Source: Takakia lepidozioides (lineage: Eukaryota > Plantae > Bryophyta). From it: 64,000 bases of DNA. The notes below the pieces were generated by a model that had not been told where the DNA came from, did not search any database, and worked only from the letters and a program-made list of their open reading frames with translations. Shown here one piece after another: positions 1 to 13,555 of the stretch. Position numbers and translations under genes: made by a program. Positions within the stretch are counted from its first letter, which is position 1. Every line of letters starts with the position of its first letter. The stretch covers positions 54,064,001 to 54,128,000 of the forward strand of contig CM060733.1 in assembly GCA_030704615.1 (NCBI GenBank), written 5' to 3'.

Positions 1-292
1 GGGTGCGTCATTTTCTAAGTGCTTTGAGTGCTTCCCATCCCTTAAATAAAAGGGAAAATAGATTGACATTTGCAAGCGTGGGTTTCAAAGTTGCTTTTGG
101 ATGTCCTTTTCATACTTACTTCATGTGTTGCTGAGATGGCACACAAAACAATGCCAGAATAAAGGATCTGGGATTCCTTCTGAACTTCAATCATACCATC
201 AATAGTAAAGATCACCTATGCAATGCAGTAGGAGTGCTTTGAATTTCAACTCCCACGGCTTTGCTAACATGATTAATCAATCCATCTGGCAG

Positions 293-763
293 GTCCGACC
301 AAGCATAGAGTCAGGCCAGCTGGAAGTGATTTTGGACCCTGACCTCCAATCCCAGCCATACAACCGTGATATTCTTCTACAAATGGCAGAGGTTGGGCTG
401 CGTTGTGTAGGGAAAGATATCAAGGAGCGCCCATCTATGAGCCAAATATACCAAGAGCTGGAGCTTGCTCTGCAGATGATTGATGGCCCACCTTCAGATC
501 CACCCAGTGCAAGTTTGTCACAAAGACATGAAAGCAGGTTGTCACATACACAGGGCAGTGCTTCCTTTAATGATGGAGAGGCACAGACGGGCAGATCATC
601 AGACTCTGAATTCAGCCTCCCAGAACTCGGAGGCAAGGATTTCCACATCAAATTTGATGGCATGGAATGGATTGATATCAAAGAGTTGGATGTGGAGTCC
701 TTGCAAGACATCAGTACAAATCTGAAAGAATACTACAAGTCAATTCCAGATCCTAAAAATTAA
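293..763 (+). CDS. Last exon of a receptor-like protein kinase (subdomain XI plus C-terminal tail); the rest of the gene lies upstream of the window
   Basis: Acceptor tggcag|GTC at 292/293. Translation VRPSIESGQLEVILDPDL...MAEVGLRCVGKDIKERPSMSQIYQELE matches the typical RLK C-terminal kinase motif (lDp.l...lal.C....RPsM.qv...Le). Confidence 0.85.
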   Translation, partial: VRPSIESGQLEVILDPDLQSQPYNRDILLQMAEVGLRCVGKDIKERPSMSQIYQELELALQMIDGPPSDPPSASLSQRHESRLSHTQGSASFNDGEAQTGRSSDSEFSLPELGGKDFHIKFDGMEWIDIKELDVESLQDISTNLKEYYKSIPDPKN

Positions 764-1759
764 GTCTATGGAAAGACACGCTCTCACCTTGCTTCGTCTG
801 GTCATTTCTTCAACCACTGAAAGCATGGCCTGGTTTTTGAAGAAAGTCAGCAAGGACACTGCCAAGCTTTTGTTCCAAGATTGTGCATGTCAGGAACTTT
901 CTTGCAATGTAGCAATGGTGCTGTCCCTAAGCCTGAGTGCCTATTCCGACATAAATTGGATTGGAGGATTCTCTCACTCTGATAGCAGCCCGAAATCCTG
1001 CAAATCAGCTGCCTGTCTTCCACTCTCCAATTTCGTGGACATTGCCGATTTTCTTGAGAGATGGAACTGAACAGCGAAGTGGGAGCAATTCATGATGAAA
1101 CCTCATCAGCGGTTATCTCTGAAAGGGTATGATGTGCAGAAACACAGTGTGTGAACCTGTATGGCAAGTACATTAGCAGTTTACTCAAGGTTCGATACCA
1201 CACCATGCTTCAAACTAGAGATAGTCCTACCTTGTCTACCTTGGAGTTTCATCTTCTCCACATTGTACCATCGATTTCTTGTAATTAATAGTGGTGAAAT
1301 TGCTCCTCAGGACAAGTTTCATGTTCGTGGTGAACCCAGTAAGAATGCAGCAAAGAATTCTACCTTGTCCATCACCCAGCACGTGCCCTACCCGAAATCA
1401 CCTAATTTCCTACATGGTCAGTCTTCCCAACGGCTTCCCAATTTGTGCATAGCTAGCTTTCAAGTAGTGTGAAGTATTGTCCCATCGATTTTTGTAACGA
1501 AGGGGTTAAGATTGCACCTCAGGAGCAGGCCTCTGTTTCTGGTGAGCCCAGTGTGTAAATGTAGCGAATAATGCTCGCAATGCCACAGCCATTGTGAACT
1601 CTGCTGGACTAGAAATCGTTTGCCCAACATGCATAAAAGCAGGATTGTTCTTCAGAATTACGATGAGAAAAGGTTTCGACTTACTGGCACCTTTGCTGCA
1701 TGGGTTACAGAAAAGCTTGAGATTTCTGCAGGGGAGGTTATCCAGCAAATCAGCAAGAT

Positions 1760-2176
1760 TGACTTCACTCACTCACTCACTCACTGCCAAGTCTCTCGAT
1801 CGACCACACTCGGCCCACACACACCGATGGCGTGATTACAGTATTGGGCAATCAATCAAAAGATGCGTTTACTGCCCCCCCTCCCTTCACATCTGCTCCG
1901 CTTACCTTCCTCTCAACGCTCTGCACATGAACTGCGACCAGGAAAACATTTCGGGCAGTCCGGGCAGGTCCCAGCGGCCTGCTACGACCAAGAAAACATT
2001 CCGGGAAGTTCGGGCAGGCCCCAAAAAATTGAAGACGATGACGTGGCTACGAAACGTGGCGAAGATGACATGGCTAAGATGACGTGGCGAAGATGACGTG
2101 GTGACGATGATATGGCACTATGGCATCCTATATCTGCGCTACGCTAAACTAGCTTCCGACCTTCGGTCGTCGCTAG
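1760..2176. mobile_element. Possible non-autonomous Helitron/Helentron-like relic
   Basis: (CACT)n microsatellite at ~1766-1785, a ~49-bp direct repeat pair at ~1935-2025, a 14-bp tandem array, then a hairpin CGACC-TTC-GGTCG (2157-2169) flanked by CTAG on both sides (2149-2152, 2173-2176). The 5' end is not defined. Confidence 0.4.
2035..2125 (+). repeat. ~14-bp tandem array, consensus GATGACGTGGCGAA, about 6 copies
   Basis: gatgacgtggctac gaaacgtggcgaa gatgacatggctaa gatgacgtggcgaa gatgacgtggtgac gatgatatggcac, read directly from the sequence. Confidence 0.85.
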
Positions 2177-2205
2177 AATATGACATGCAGAAAATATAAG
2201 AGATC

Positions 2206-2405
2206 CAACCAGTTGGCAGCTCAGTAGGATAGTGCACTGAGTGCCACCTGGGTGATTCTAGGTTCAAATCCTGCCCCGTTGTTGAAATATGATATTATCT
2301 TCTCCCTCCTTGGTGGCCTCATGGCCACGTTATTTTCTCCTCTCACTATAATTTCAGGGGCCTGATTTGTGAGCGGTGGCTCCTTGGGAGAGTGTTTCCC
2401 TTAAT
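2206..2405 (+). mobile_element. tRNA-derived SINE, family A copy 1 (tRNA-Gly-like head)
   Basis: Box A-like tggcagctcagtagg, anticodon-like tgccac, Box B ggttcaaatcc, and a 3' core ggggcctgatttgtgagc shared with copies at 4.7, 17.3 and 45.3 kb. Confidence 0.8.
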
Positions 2406-2522
2406 AGTTGAACTAACCAATCGTTTAAAATAAAAGCAATATTGGGATAAATTTATTCAGTTTGAAGCTTTACAACAGTTGCAGTTGCAAACGAAGCAAA
2501 CTTTCTGCGACAGAGTTCGAAG

Positions 2523-2565
2523 CCTTAGCTCCTCCTTAGCTCCTCCTTAGCTCCTCCTTAGCTCC
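2523..2565 (+). repeat. 11-bp tandem repeat (CCTTAGCTCCT)x4
   Basis: Directly visible; units start at 2523, 2534, 2545 and 2556. Confidence 0.9.
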
Positions 2566-4732
2566 CTCAATGCTTTTGAGGATTCTTGGGCGAAAGCAAC
2601 AATATCATTTGTAAAAGAGTCTCCACCCAACATTTTCTTTGGACAACTTCTGTGCCCGAACTGTGGAGACCTCGTCCTTCCCTTGTGGGCTCCTTGTCCC
2701 CTGAATTTGAGGATAGGGACATCAATTGGAAGCACAGCCGCAGCGGGAAGGCGAAGGTCCACCTTGATCAAGTAAGTGATCTCTGTTAATTTCAGACTAG
2801 TCTCATTTTTCTCTTAACCCTCTCATCTCCGAGATCCTGTGTTCTGGTTTAGGCTGTGCGGTGGGTGGCGGGCTCTTTTCCTGAAACTGGGCGAGCTTGC
2901 CTTGGATGCCAGTACTGCTACTCTGCTCTTTCCTGTACTATTGTTGGACTTTGAATGAGGGATCACGACCTTGGAGCTCTTCCTAGTCTTAATGTGGATA
3001 GGGTTTGTTTTTCTCTAGCTAGTTAGATAGGTTGCTTCCTTTCTTAAGACTGCCTTTGGTTATACATATAGAATCTATATTTTCTTAGTATATATACTAA
3101 GTTTGAATGTCATCACATTATCGTAACGTTGTCACTAAAATGTACAAATCTTGGCACCCGACGCGTGGATAGAAATAATTAAACCCCTTTCATTTCCGAG
3201 CTTTCTTAGCAAGCCATGAAATTCCCTAAAGGTCGGATTTGAACCAAAGGCCACCTTCTGAGTGGAGACACTTGGATGACTCTGTAGGCGCTATTAATAA
3301 TGGAAAGCAACTCATGTGGAGTACAGACTACTGCAGAATTTTCAAGTTATGAGGGCTCTCATGCCGCAAATTATAGGCAGCAATTCCTGTTAGCTTTCTG
3401 GTACTGATAGTCATGAGACAATGTACTTTGGGCGCTCTAGTGTTGGTCCTTTGCGCCTGGCACCAGCCTCCTTTGCTCTGTGTACCCTGCCCAAGTACCT
3501 CAACAAATCACAGGATCAGTTAAGGTGGTGGAGCTTGGCTGATTTGGTTATGGCGATGCCTAGTCTGCTTTCTCAAGTACATACATGAAGTTCCTTTGCA
3601 AGAAGTTGCAGTCAGGGACCCACCAAATCACATGTTGCTGTGACTCTGTGATCATGTTTCAAGTCCTGAGTCCGGTCTACAGATCTGGGACAACTCTCTC
3701 TGTGTACTGTAGTACTAGACGACTTGAATGGCTAGGCTAGCTATATGTTATGGTGTATTTCTGCATTTGGTTGTTTGTTCAATCCGACTTTGGCTCCGTA
3801 CACTGATAATTCAAACACTTTGTGTCTAAATATGAGTAATTAGCATAGGAGGTGCAGCCCGCCAGAGAAGTGAAACAAATCCATACAAGTCTGAAAACAA
3901 TGCAAAATATCACATCTAATGAAAATCTAGAGTTTAGAGATGCGGAGTTAGTTTGTGAAAATCTGCAACTTATGACGCCCAGCATCACCACCAAGTTACG
4001 TTCGGACGATGTCAATGCCAGCGGATAAAAAACACTTCAATCCATTCCTGGCACTAGTCGTCCAAACTATGCCAAACTTTGACAATTTTTGGCTCTCATA
4101 GCCTGGTAAACAGCAAATGAATGTGAACTCCAGACCCCGAAAAGCTCCAGATTGCTTAGTAGCATGGAGGCATTGCCCTTGAACAGTCAATGGGTGTCTT
4201 CTCTCTCTTTTGGGCAAAGCCTTGTGAGTAGATCTTTCTCACTCTAAAGAGTAAACATCTTTCATGAATGTTATCAATTAAGCTATAAACCCAATCCACT
4301 TCTTCATGAGCAATTATACATGTACACACGCATGCAGCTCTGGCCAGCAGAGCATTAAGAGATATATGCGCCAGCTTTTTTAGAGTTGATAATTCGTCCT
4401 CCAAAGGTAGAAGGTGGTAGCAACGGCGACAGGAATAATAAGGGTAGGCCGTCACGAGCCTACAGCGACCGCCGTTACAGGACGGCGACGGCGACGGCGA
4501 GTAGCTGGCCCACGGCCGTCTCCCGGGCCCCGTCCTCGGCTGCCACGGAGCGGCCGCCGGCGCCGCGTTGGCACCTGATTTGACCCCCTCGTCTGTCAAC
4601 CACCCTTTTGCCACCTCGGAAATTGGCCACCCTTATCCATGCAATTTTCTATAAGGTAGGTAGAGTGAAAGTAAAACATGGAAAAAAAAGGGAACGTTCA
4701 TTGTGGCCTTTTGACATTAGTAAAATTTTGGC

Positions 4733-4970
4733 ACATCGGCTGGTAGCTCAGCTGGTAAGTGGACAGTGTGTCGCCCTGGTGGTTCAGGGTTCAAACCCGC
4801 TGCCCTGCCCCGTGTGTGGGATTGTTTGTGACGGTATGTCTGGGAGTTGATCGTCCTGTAGGCCTCATGGCCCATAAATGAAAGGGGTTAATTTTTCCCC
4901 CTCCTCAAAGGGCCTGAATTGTGGGCTGTCGATCCCAGGTTCCATTTTTTTTTTAAATAAAAAAAATAAA
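4733..4970 (+). mobile_element. tRNA-derived SINE, family A copy 2
   Basis: tggtagctcagctgg (Box A), gggttcaaaccc (Box B), ggcctcatggc and gggcctgaattgtgggctgtcg...cccaggt core, and a T/A-rich tail. Confidence 0.8.
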
Positions 4971-6557
4971 GATAAAAGATAATGTTGTTTTAAGAACATT
5001 TTGTATACGGTATTGATTCCAGCTAATGATGACATGCAGCAGTCGCATCAAACATCATACAGTATATTCGGGCAGGGATAAAAAACTATGATGAGCGGCA
5101 CGCATCCCGGAGGCGTGGCCGCGACGCCCAAGCCGCGCTCACCGCCGAGCGCCACGCGTCGCTGTCGCTGCCCGGCTGCCCGCCCGGCCGACTCTCCCAC
5201 TTCCTACGCCAGTGCGACCCGCCCTTTGGATGGGCGCACTTTACTTTGATGGGACACTTGGGAACATGGTTCCCAATGTTCCCTTCCCTCATTGCAGTGG
5301 GCCCTGCAAATCTGCAAGGAAATGGAAATGATGTTGATGAATTAGGTCGTCCATTTATGGAACCTCGATTCTGGGAGTGAAATAGTGACACAATGGCATC
5401 ATTTAGCAAAATGGATTGGCACACGGCCGCCGCGGAGGATTTATATGGGCACATATAATCGTACCCCGAACGGGAAGTGTACTAATTCAATAAGTCGGAC
5501 TGAGTGGGTGGTGAACTTACTTCTCCGGCACATTGTGCGAAAGATCATGGATGTTGAAGCATTAGCAAAGGGGGGTCGGCGACTAGTTATTGCATGGTGT
5601 CAATGGAGGTTCGGGTGCGGGTTTTCAATTATCATAGAAACTCTTATGTGCCTTGGGAACTCCGGTACCAGCCCCTTACCCACCACAACGGCGGGTGTGA
5701 GGCCGTTCCAAGGTGTAATGGATTGCGCTTGGAAAGCCGCAAATGATTTTCTAGATCCATTACGGAATTTCGACAGGTACGAGGGATGCACGCAAGGTAA
5801 GAGAGAATAACAGCCTACTCATTTGGTTTCTATTGCACTCCAGACGCCACCCATCAGTGATAAAGATGTTGCACCCAACCACTTGGAAATAGACCACCTA
5901 TCTCGTAAAGAACTGACTCAAATTTCTTAGTTATGATGGATGACACGTTACATTGCGTAATTTGACCGACACGATTTGAACCTTCCATGTAAGGTTTCTC
6001 CTCTTGAGACACCTTGCGGTTTGTCCTCCTCATATTTTAGTAGTTAAGCATATCTTTCTTTATCTTTATCTCTATCTCGATGAGCAGGAACACTATGGAA
6101 AGGATAGGCTTGTGATTGTAGAAGCTAGTTAGTAAGGAAATTTTTGGCCTTTCCTCGCGTCGGCAAGGCCCTCTGGCTGGCGCGTCCCAGAAAGTCGGGG
6201 GCTGTGCTTCCGTCGTTGCTTCAGGCCTTACACTTTACATAAACGCTAGCTAACATACATGCACCTACCAAATATGGTTGAACTATGTACCCCAATTCAT
6301 TTGGGAGGTTAGGCAACCCGACACTATGGGAAGAGCCAATATGTGGGACTGCAGGAGGCTTGGTGAGGAGGGAAATGGTTGGACGGGATGTATAGAAGAA
6401 GCCCCATGGTGGAGTGCGCTCCTTGATTTTTATGCCCAGGTAGCCCCAGGCCCTTGGGCATAAAATTCAAGGGGCACCGACACCAGGGTCTTCCTCCGTG
6501 TAAAGAAATGGGATGATTTCTTTTTCCTTTCATCGTTTTTTCTAATGATATATATAT

Positions 6558-6700
6558 ATTAACGTCCAATGAATTCACTGCTCAACACACAGCCCATTGA
6601 GGGGCCAATGGACGGTTGAAGGCACATGTTGAAGGATTGAACCCAGCATCACCTAGGTTATGCAGAGGCAATAATACCCAACCAGTGGGCTACCTCAAGT
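6558..6700 (-). mobile_element. tRNA-derived SINE, family B copy 1
   Basis: Close homolog of 7395-7558 (gaaggcacatgttgaaggattgaaccca...cacctaggttatgca). Box B gggttcaatcc lies on the minus strand. Confidence 0.75.
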
Positions 6701-7394
6701 ACCTGATCAAAGAAAAGATAAGGAAATGTGGGAGGTGTGTAATACCCAGAGTGTAATGGGCACTATGCGTTATACTATTTTGTAATGCCCTCATACTCAT
6801 CGCTGTATAATGAAACGATATTAACGAAAAGAAATCAGCCCCAGTTCTTTACAGGCAGTTTTTTTTCACTTTTCCAAAATCGCCACAAGGGCCACATGTA
6901 AATTCTACCCAGCGCCCATGTGGTGAGAAAGAAAACCTTAAACTACCTCAGAAATATACCATCCCCCTATTACGAACATTACACCTCACGGCCATCACTT
7001 CGTTAAGAGCCATTATCCTCAACAACAAAAAGATTGAAAGTGGCCAACTTGCCGCTTACTAACTGGTTCTTGTTGCCATAGAGCCTAATCCCCAAAGGGG
7101 CCAATATCCACAAAAGGGAAGAGGCTCTTATTTACGCTGGCTTCGGCTGGCATCGTATATATAATGAGGCGGCAGGGTTTTGTTATAAAGAGGTGGCACG
7201 TATTAACAGGTCCACGTAGGCAAGATGAGGCTCCTGATATTCAAATACTGGCGCTTTCTGGTGAGTTTTTCGATTCTTACCCCCCAATACTTCCTTGGGA
7301 CAAGTAGCTGACTCATTTTCCAGGTCGAAATCTATGGTTAACTGTGCAGCCTGGTATAATCTGGAGGAGGAGAGATAAGATAAGATAAAGTTTC

Positions 7395-7558
7395 TTTAAC
7401 GTCCAGTGAATTTTTCACTGAGCCTACTGCTCAACACACAGGCCATCGAGGGCCCAATGGACGGTCTGAAGGCACATGTTGAAGGATTGAACCCAGGATC
7501 ACCTAGGTTATGCACAGGCAAGGCACAAACACCCAACCACTGGCCTACCTGCTCAAGA
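7395..7558 (-). mobile_element. tRNA-derived SINE, family B copy 2
   Basis: Minus strand reads ggtaggccagtggttgg (Box A) ... ctgggttcaatcc (Box B) ... ggacgttaaa, and is highly similar to 6558-6700. Confidence 0.75.
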
Positions 7559-10500
7559 GAGAGAGAGAGAGAGCAAAATGATGCATAGCTGAGAGATAAC
7601 ATTTATCCAGCGCATAAATCAAGTACATCCACCAGGTGCCCACCCAACAATGGAGATGGGTTGCCAGCATTGACAGCGCTGGCCGGGGAAGCCTTATTTA
7701 CTCTACACTGTTTTCTTTTCGCCATGCAGAATATCTAAACCTATATACACATGCACCTTGTTTGGTCGATCAATGACTTCCACTGCAAGCAAATGAGTGC
7801 GCCTTCCATTGTAACACTCAAGCTTCCCATTTATGCTAATTATCAATCCTTCACATCAAACATACTTTTAGCATGATACAAGCCCGAAGACGAGGTAGAC
7901 ACAAGCTGCATAGCAGACAGAGATAGAAGAGAAGACGAGGTAGACACAAGCGGTCCAAGACAGCGAGGGCAGCACAAATTGGGACATATGTCCCAAATCG
8001 GGGTGGTCCCAAAGCACCCCCAATTCGGGGACATACCTTCTGCAGCCCACCACGTGATGCCACGTAAGAATACGGAAGTGGGCCCCGCAGGTTGACACCT
8101 CGATAAACGGATGTCGACGGCGACGGCGACGTCCGCTCGCTCGGTACGCATCCACGCGGCTGACGGCCGTCGCTGACGTCTCCCGGGACCCGGCCTACAG
8201 CACGGCCGCGCTGTCGCTCTCCGACACCTGCCGCGGCCCGCGTGCACGGGGGCCGCCTCGGACGAAATCTGCTTTGGTTCCGACGGACGAAGTTTCTTTC
8301 CGTCCCCCAACCCTGTGTAGGCAGCATCTTCAACGATTTCTTCACTCAGCCCCCAACCGGTGGTAAAATGGGCCTGGGACATTTAATTGGGAATAATGAA
8401 CCTCTTTTTTCTTCTTTTTTATAAAATGAACCTCTTGATCTCCCAAAAATAAAAAATAAAAACATAAAAAATAGCTGGAGCGTGACTGGACATGAAGAAC
8501 TTTACGTTCGAGTAGGACATAACGCGTCCCTCTACCGGACGATGTACAGTCCTCGTCAGATTTGACCGGCGAAAACCGGACCAAACAAACGAGGCACCGG
8601 CTAAACCAGCTTACAGCCGTCGCCGTCAATGAAGACGAGCGAGCGTCTGGTAACCGAGCCCCACCGGTAATTGCAGCTGGGTCCCACCGGCCAGCGCCCG
8701 TCGCCCTCACACCCCTCAGGCTGGAGACCGGGTCCACCGGTCACCTGATGTCGCCGTCACAAACCACCGGGACAGCCCGGCTCCACCTGCCAATTCCTTG
8801 GAATCTTCGCCCACATTCCGTCGGTCAACCTGCCTGACCCCCCACCCTACTAGTTACTAGTTACTTACCCGCCTCACTAGTGACTTACTAGTGCCAATGA
8901 TCGCCGTTCGCCAGGTTTGCAGGAATAGCCGAGGATGGACGACGCAAGGACGGAGGACCGTCAGCCGTCGCGGTCCCCACTGATCGATCCCAGAAACCAG
9001 CGATGGAGGAGGGGAGGGGAAGTTTCTGTGGAGCAAAGACGATGTGGATTTGCGAGACGAGTATTGAGTGATTTCAGTTCGAGAGATGGAGTAATATGGT
9101 TGCTAGTCTGTTGGTGGGAGGATCTGGCGGGGCCGGGAGCTGGGTGCTGCATGCCCAGTAAAAACCCCCTGAAGATTGTGTTTGGTCTTGGTCTTTGCTT
9201 TTGCGACCGAGCTTGTCTAGTCTCCTACCTCTCTCCTTCTGTGGTGGGGAACCTACTTGTGTGGATCATGCCCTTGATAGACCCCCCGCTGTGGTCTTTG
9301 CCTCTCTCTCCCATCCGGCCTGACTCTTTTCTCTCGTTTCTCTATCCTGGTAAATGTAGTTGCCCGAGGCCTCAGTATGAGGATCATGGGCACTTGAAAG
9401 TTACTTTTAATTGGTGCCCTTCTCGGAGCGTGATCAGGCAAAAGGGTCTGGGATTTTTCTTGCGCAGATCTGTAGTTCGGACTAGAGCAGGCTGGTGGGT
9501 TGGGCAGGAAAGATTTGAGACGCCGCCTAGAAGTAAGGTACGTAGGTCATTGGGAATGTGTCACAGATTAGATGTTCAATGATCTCCTGTGGCTTGGAGT
9601 TTCAACCTTGCTCTTGACAGAATTGCGGTGAAAGCAGAAGCAGAAGGAACGTCGTCATGTCAGCAACCTCACAAGGGTTTAGAGAGATCCTTATCGAAGA
9701 GATTATCACCGCTTTCCAGAAGTTATTCTCAACAAGTATGTCCACATCGTCTTCTCCCACCCCTTTCCATCTGCTTGCCTGATCAAGCCTTGTTTACATG
9801 GAGAACTATGAGACTCCTACTAATCTACAAGTCTGTTCATATAGATGAGATTGAAATTTCCGGAAATGTACATTTGTTGATGACACTTGAGAAGGTAATT
9901 AGTGGCAGAGCTCTGCATTTGTGACGCGCAATCAAATTTTTGAAACAGCTGTTTAAGCAACATCAACTACTATCAGGAGCAGCACTAGTTAGAAAAGAAG
10001 CTATGTAAGACAAAGATAAATGGAGGATCAAGGCCACTGCATGGACACAGCTGGAATAATCCTCTGGAAATCGGGCTCCTGGTGATAATTGTGTTTCGGC
10101 AGAAGTTCTGTGCTCGAAAAGAGAGAGCGCAACCCCCGTTTAGAATCTTATCTAGAAAGGAATTAAACATGGGCCGTGTAGACCTGTACATGAAGGAATC
10201 TGACAGCTAGCCTAAAATGTCACAACGAGTTCAAATGCTAAAATCGACACAGATCCAGGATTAAGAGATCATAAAATGATAAATCATGACGATTGTCAAG
10301 CTCAAGGTACTTCTTGCCTCAGAAGAGGTCCTCTACTTTCTAAGGGAATGGTTGTTCTCACAAGTCGGGGGTGCCATCACCAGCAACCAGCAGGATTTTG
10401 AGCCCGAAACTCTGACCAGTCACCGGTATGAAGATTTCGGCGCCAAGAGAGATTTTCTTGTGAAGGGGACGATATATATCTACAGTTATCTAGCGCAAAG

Positions 10501-10881
10501 TCTCGAGTGATAGACAATGTACATGTGTATGCCCGAGTTCAGGTTTCTCTTTGCTTCAGAATTAATGGTTTGTGCAGAGTTTACCTTTAAACATAACCAG
10601 CCAAAATATTGGTGATCAATACAGCTTGCACGTATTTTATGCACAGCTCGCGAAACCACAACTGCACAAATTTATAGTTATGGTGATGAAAAACGTGTTT
10701 ATAAGCCTCAGAATTCTCTATCCCGGCATATGAGCATCTGCACGATCTGAATTTCAACCAGTTTGAAAACTCTCTTGAAAGACAGCTATAAGGTCCATCG
10801 AATTTTGATAGGTTGGTGTTTTCGTTCTTTTTATCAGGATTGCAGGCCGACTTACAGAATTTTCAGGAACGCTAAATCATT

Positions 10882-13555
10882 ATGCAGCGCTTCAGCAGTT
10901 CGAATATGTCTTACGATGAATCGGGCTACTTTGAATGCCCCGAAGCCTTTGGCATGGACACTGACGGTAACGAATCTACCAACATGAGTACTAGCCTCTT
11001 GGGAAATTTCACAGGGACGCAGCTTGATAAGCTAGACCCATCTGCAAGTTTCCCAGGATTGGGAGAACTTCCCTCCCAGGGGATGGAGGGCGTCGATCAC
11101 AACCTGTCAGGTACATTGGCAAGTGAGTTGAATTCCAGTTCAGTGGGGTTTGAGGTGGACGACCATAGTCAACTACTGCAAGAAATGCTTCAGCAGCAGT
11201 CTCAACCACAGCCTGGGCAAACCCCACAATCCCAGGTAAGATGATATACTGGAATTACTTGGGCATTAATGTTTCAGCAACCTTTAAACATAGTTTGATC
11301 CGCACAGGGGAAGCCTGAAGGGGAGAGAGCTCGGCGCACTAGAACCTTTCAAACATTTCTTAAAATGTATTGTACGATTGCTAGTTCTTTATTCGCTTGG
11401 ATGATCTAGGCTAGCTAAGCTGGTTTCAGCCTCAGTCAACATCTCCGTTGTCAAATTAAGACTGTACAAGAAATAAGTCGTAGGTGTTCAATGTGGCACG
11501 TGCTCATCTGTCTACAGTCTAGACTGCTCTCTCTCCCCCCTTCGTCTGTCTCACCATGGTACCATTTGCTATGGATAATATATATATGTACAGCAAGCAG
11601 CGGCCAGTGCGTGGGAAGAAAGCCTGCATGCCCTTCAGGAAATGCTTCTGTTACAGCAACATCAGCAACAGGCTCAGCAACTGTATCAGTCACAGGCGGA
11701 GCAGGTCTTCAACCACCCATTTTCTCAGGACCGAGCTGGGAACATTACCCAGACCGCTGGGTTCAACGCTGGAAAATTTCCTGGTGAATCTGAGCTCCTA
11801 AGTCTGCTCCAGCTTCCCCGGTGTGCTGCGTCATCCTTGCCTGCTGCCAACAGTGGTGCTCCTGGATACATCTCCAACTCAAGGGGAAAAAATCCGATGT
11901 ACTCTACCTCCACAATATCAGGTCCAGTAAACACAGGTGATTTCTATGACGGGCGTAATCATCACCTTCCCATGCACAGCCAGCAGTTACATAATTCTCC
12001 ACACTCAGCAACAAGTTTCTTCCACAATTTACCCCGTGGTGATACGTATGGGCCGCCCCCAAATTCTGCACAATTGACCAGGCCGGCCCCTATCTTTGTA
12101 GATCTCGAACAAGAAAAAGACGAAGACGGGAAGACTTCTACCTCTTTAGGTTCAAAGCGTGAAAACAGTATAGGGGGGAAAGGCGAGCCGCGCGGGGTGA
12201 ATCACTTTGCAACCGAGAGACAGAGACGCGAGTTTCTGAATGAGAAGTACCAGACTTTGCGGTCTTTGGTTCCTAACCCCTCCAAGGTAACTGCCAATTG
12301 CTTCAGACAGAAGCAAATTAGATGTGCACGCATGATTCTGGGATAATTAAGGAAAGGGAAGCTGCTGGTTCTTTGAGCTTGATTGCTTATGCCCTTTACA
12401 CTCTCCCCCCCGGTGGATATGCCATACTGTGCGAATGGGTTATACGGAGGAATGTAGGATAGAAATTTCTGTCGTTGTAGCTCAACGATTCTAGCTCAAG
12501 TCTAGCTGGTGTACCCCTAGCATATATATGCACAATATTTTCAAGAACTTTATCGATCTTCTGTATTTGTGGCTCCAGAACTCAAAGTTGTACTCCATGC
12601 TGTACATGCCACAAATCCGCACATGCTGATGTCCTGTTGTAGACCTTTACACTGTGGGTTTGCAGGCAGACCGGGCATCGATAGTTGCAGATGCCATCGA
12701 CTATGTTAAAGAACTCAAACGAACAGTTCAGGAGCTTCAGCTTCTCGTACAGGAGAAAAGACGCACGGCAGGGGGTGGGCTTGGAAAAAAGCGACGACGG
12801 ACGTTGGAGGCGGACGGTAATCCAGCCAGCATCGATATGGCTGAGAGTGCATCCACCAACCAATCGGTGCTGCAGAAAGGGAACGACGCATTTTCCGCTG
12901 ATGGTTCACAGCTCAGGAGTTCGTGGCTTCAAAGAACGTCACAAAGTGGGACTCAAGTGGATGTGCGAATTGTACACGATGAAGTCACCATCAAGTTGAG
13001 TCAGAGACGACGCCGCAACTGTCTAATGGATGTTATGTCTGTTCTCCAAGAACTACAACTGGATCTACTTCACGCAAGCGGGGCTAGCATCGGCGAGCAT
13101 GATGTCTATCTCTTCAATACCAAGGTATGAAGGTAATTTCTACCATTGTTTTTGAATTTTAGAGGTTATTCAACAAGGACAACGGACCGACGGAAGAATC
13201 TTCCTCAAGTACTCTTACTGACAGAGAAACTTAAACCGAGATCTATAGATCTTTGAATTTTACAAAGCGGAGCCCTCAGTGAATCAGAAGAGCGTGAAGG
13301 TGCTCACACGACAATGAAACGTTCCACCTACTGTTCACCTGGAAATATTCCGAGAAGATTTGAGGATAAATTTTGTTTGGGAGCTCGACTTTTCAAATCT
13401 TTCAGGCAAGTTTTGCTAATCCAATCTACAGTAATTCTCTCTGGATGTCTGATGGTATGTTACTTTGTTTGTGCGCGCAGATACTGGAAGGATCATCCAC
13501 ATTTGCAGGCTACATTGCGGCCAAGTTGCTTGACGCTGTTGACCACCGCACCTGA
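10882..13555 (+). CDS. Clade II bHLH transcription factor with C-terminal ACT-like domain (bHLH010/089/091, EAT1/TIP2 type); exons 10882-11235, 11594-12286, 12666-13124, 13481-13555 (~526 aa)
   Basis: bHLH motif GVNHFATERQRREFLNEKYQTLRSLVPNPSK|ADRASIVADAIDYVKEL; clade signature LRSSWLQR, VDVRIVHDEVTIKL, GASIGEHDVYLFNTK|ILEGSS. All introns are GT-AG and phase-consistent. The start could also be ATG 10906. Confidence 0.92.

Noticed and set aside
2206-2285. Functional tRNA genes (also at 4733, 17305, 45316 and 7395)
   Set aside because: Box A/B are present, but I could not build an acceptor stem or cloverleaf, and the copies share a non-tRNA 3' body, so they are SINEs.
8935-9582. 215-aa ORF and other GC-rich ORFs at 4156-4614, 5086-5454 and 7843-8382
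   Set aside because: No recognisable domains. They fall in GC-rich promoter/5'UTR or repeat sequence where long chance ORFs are expected.
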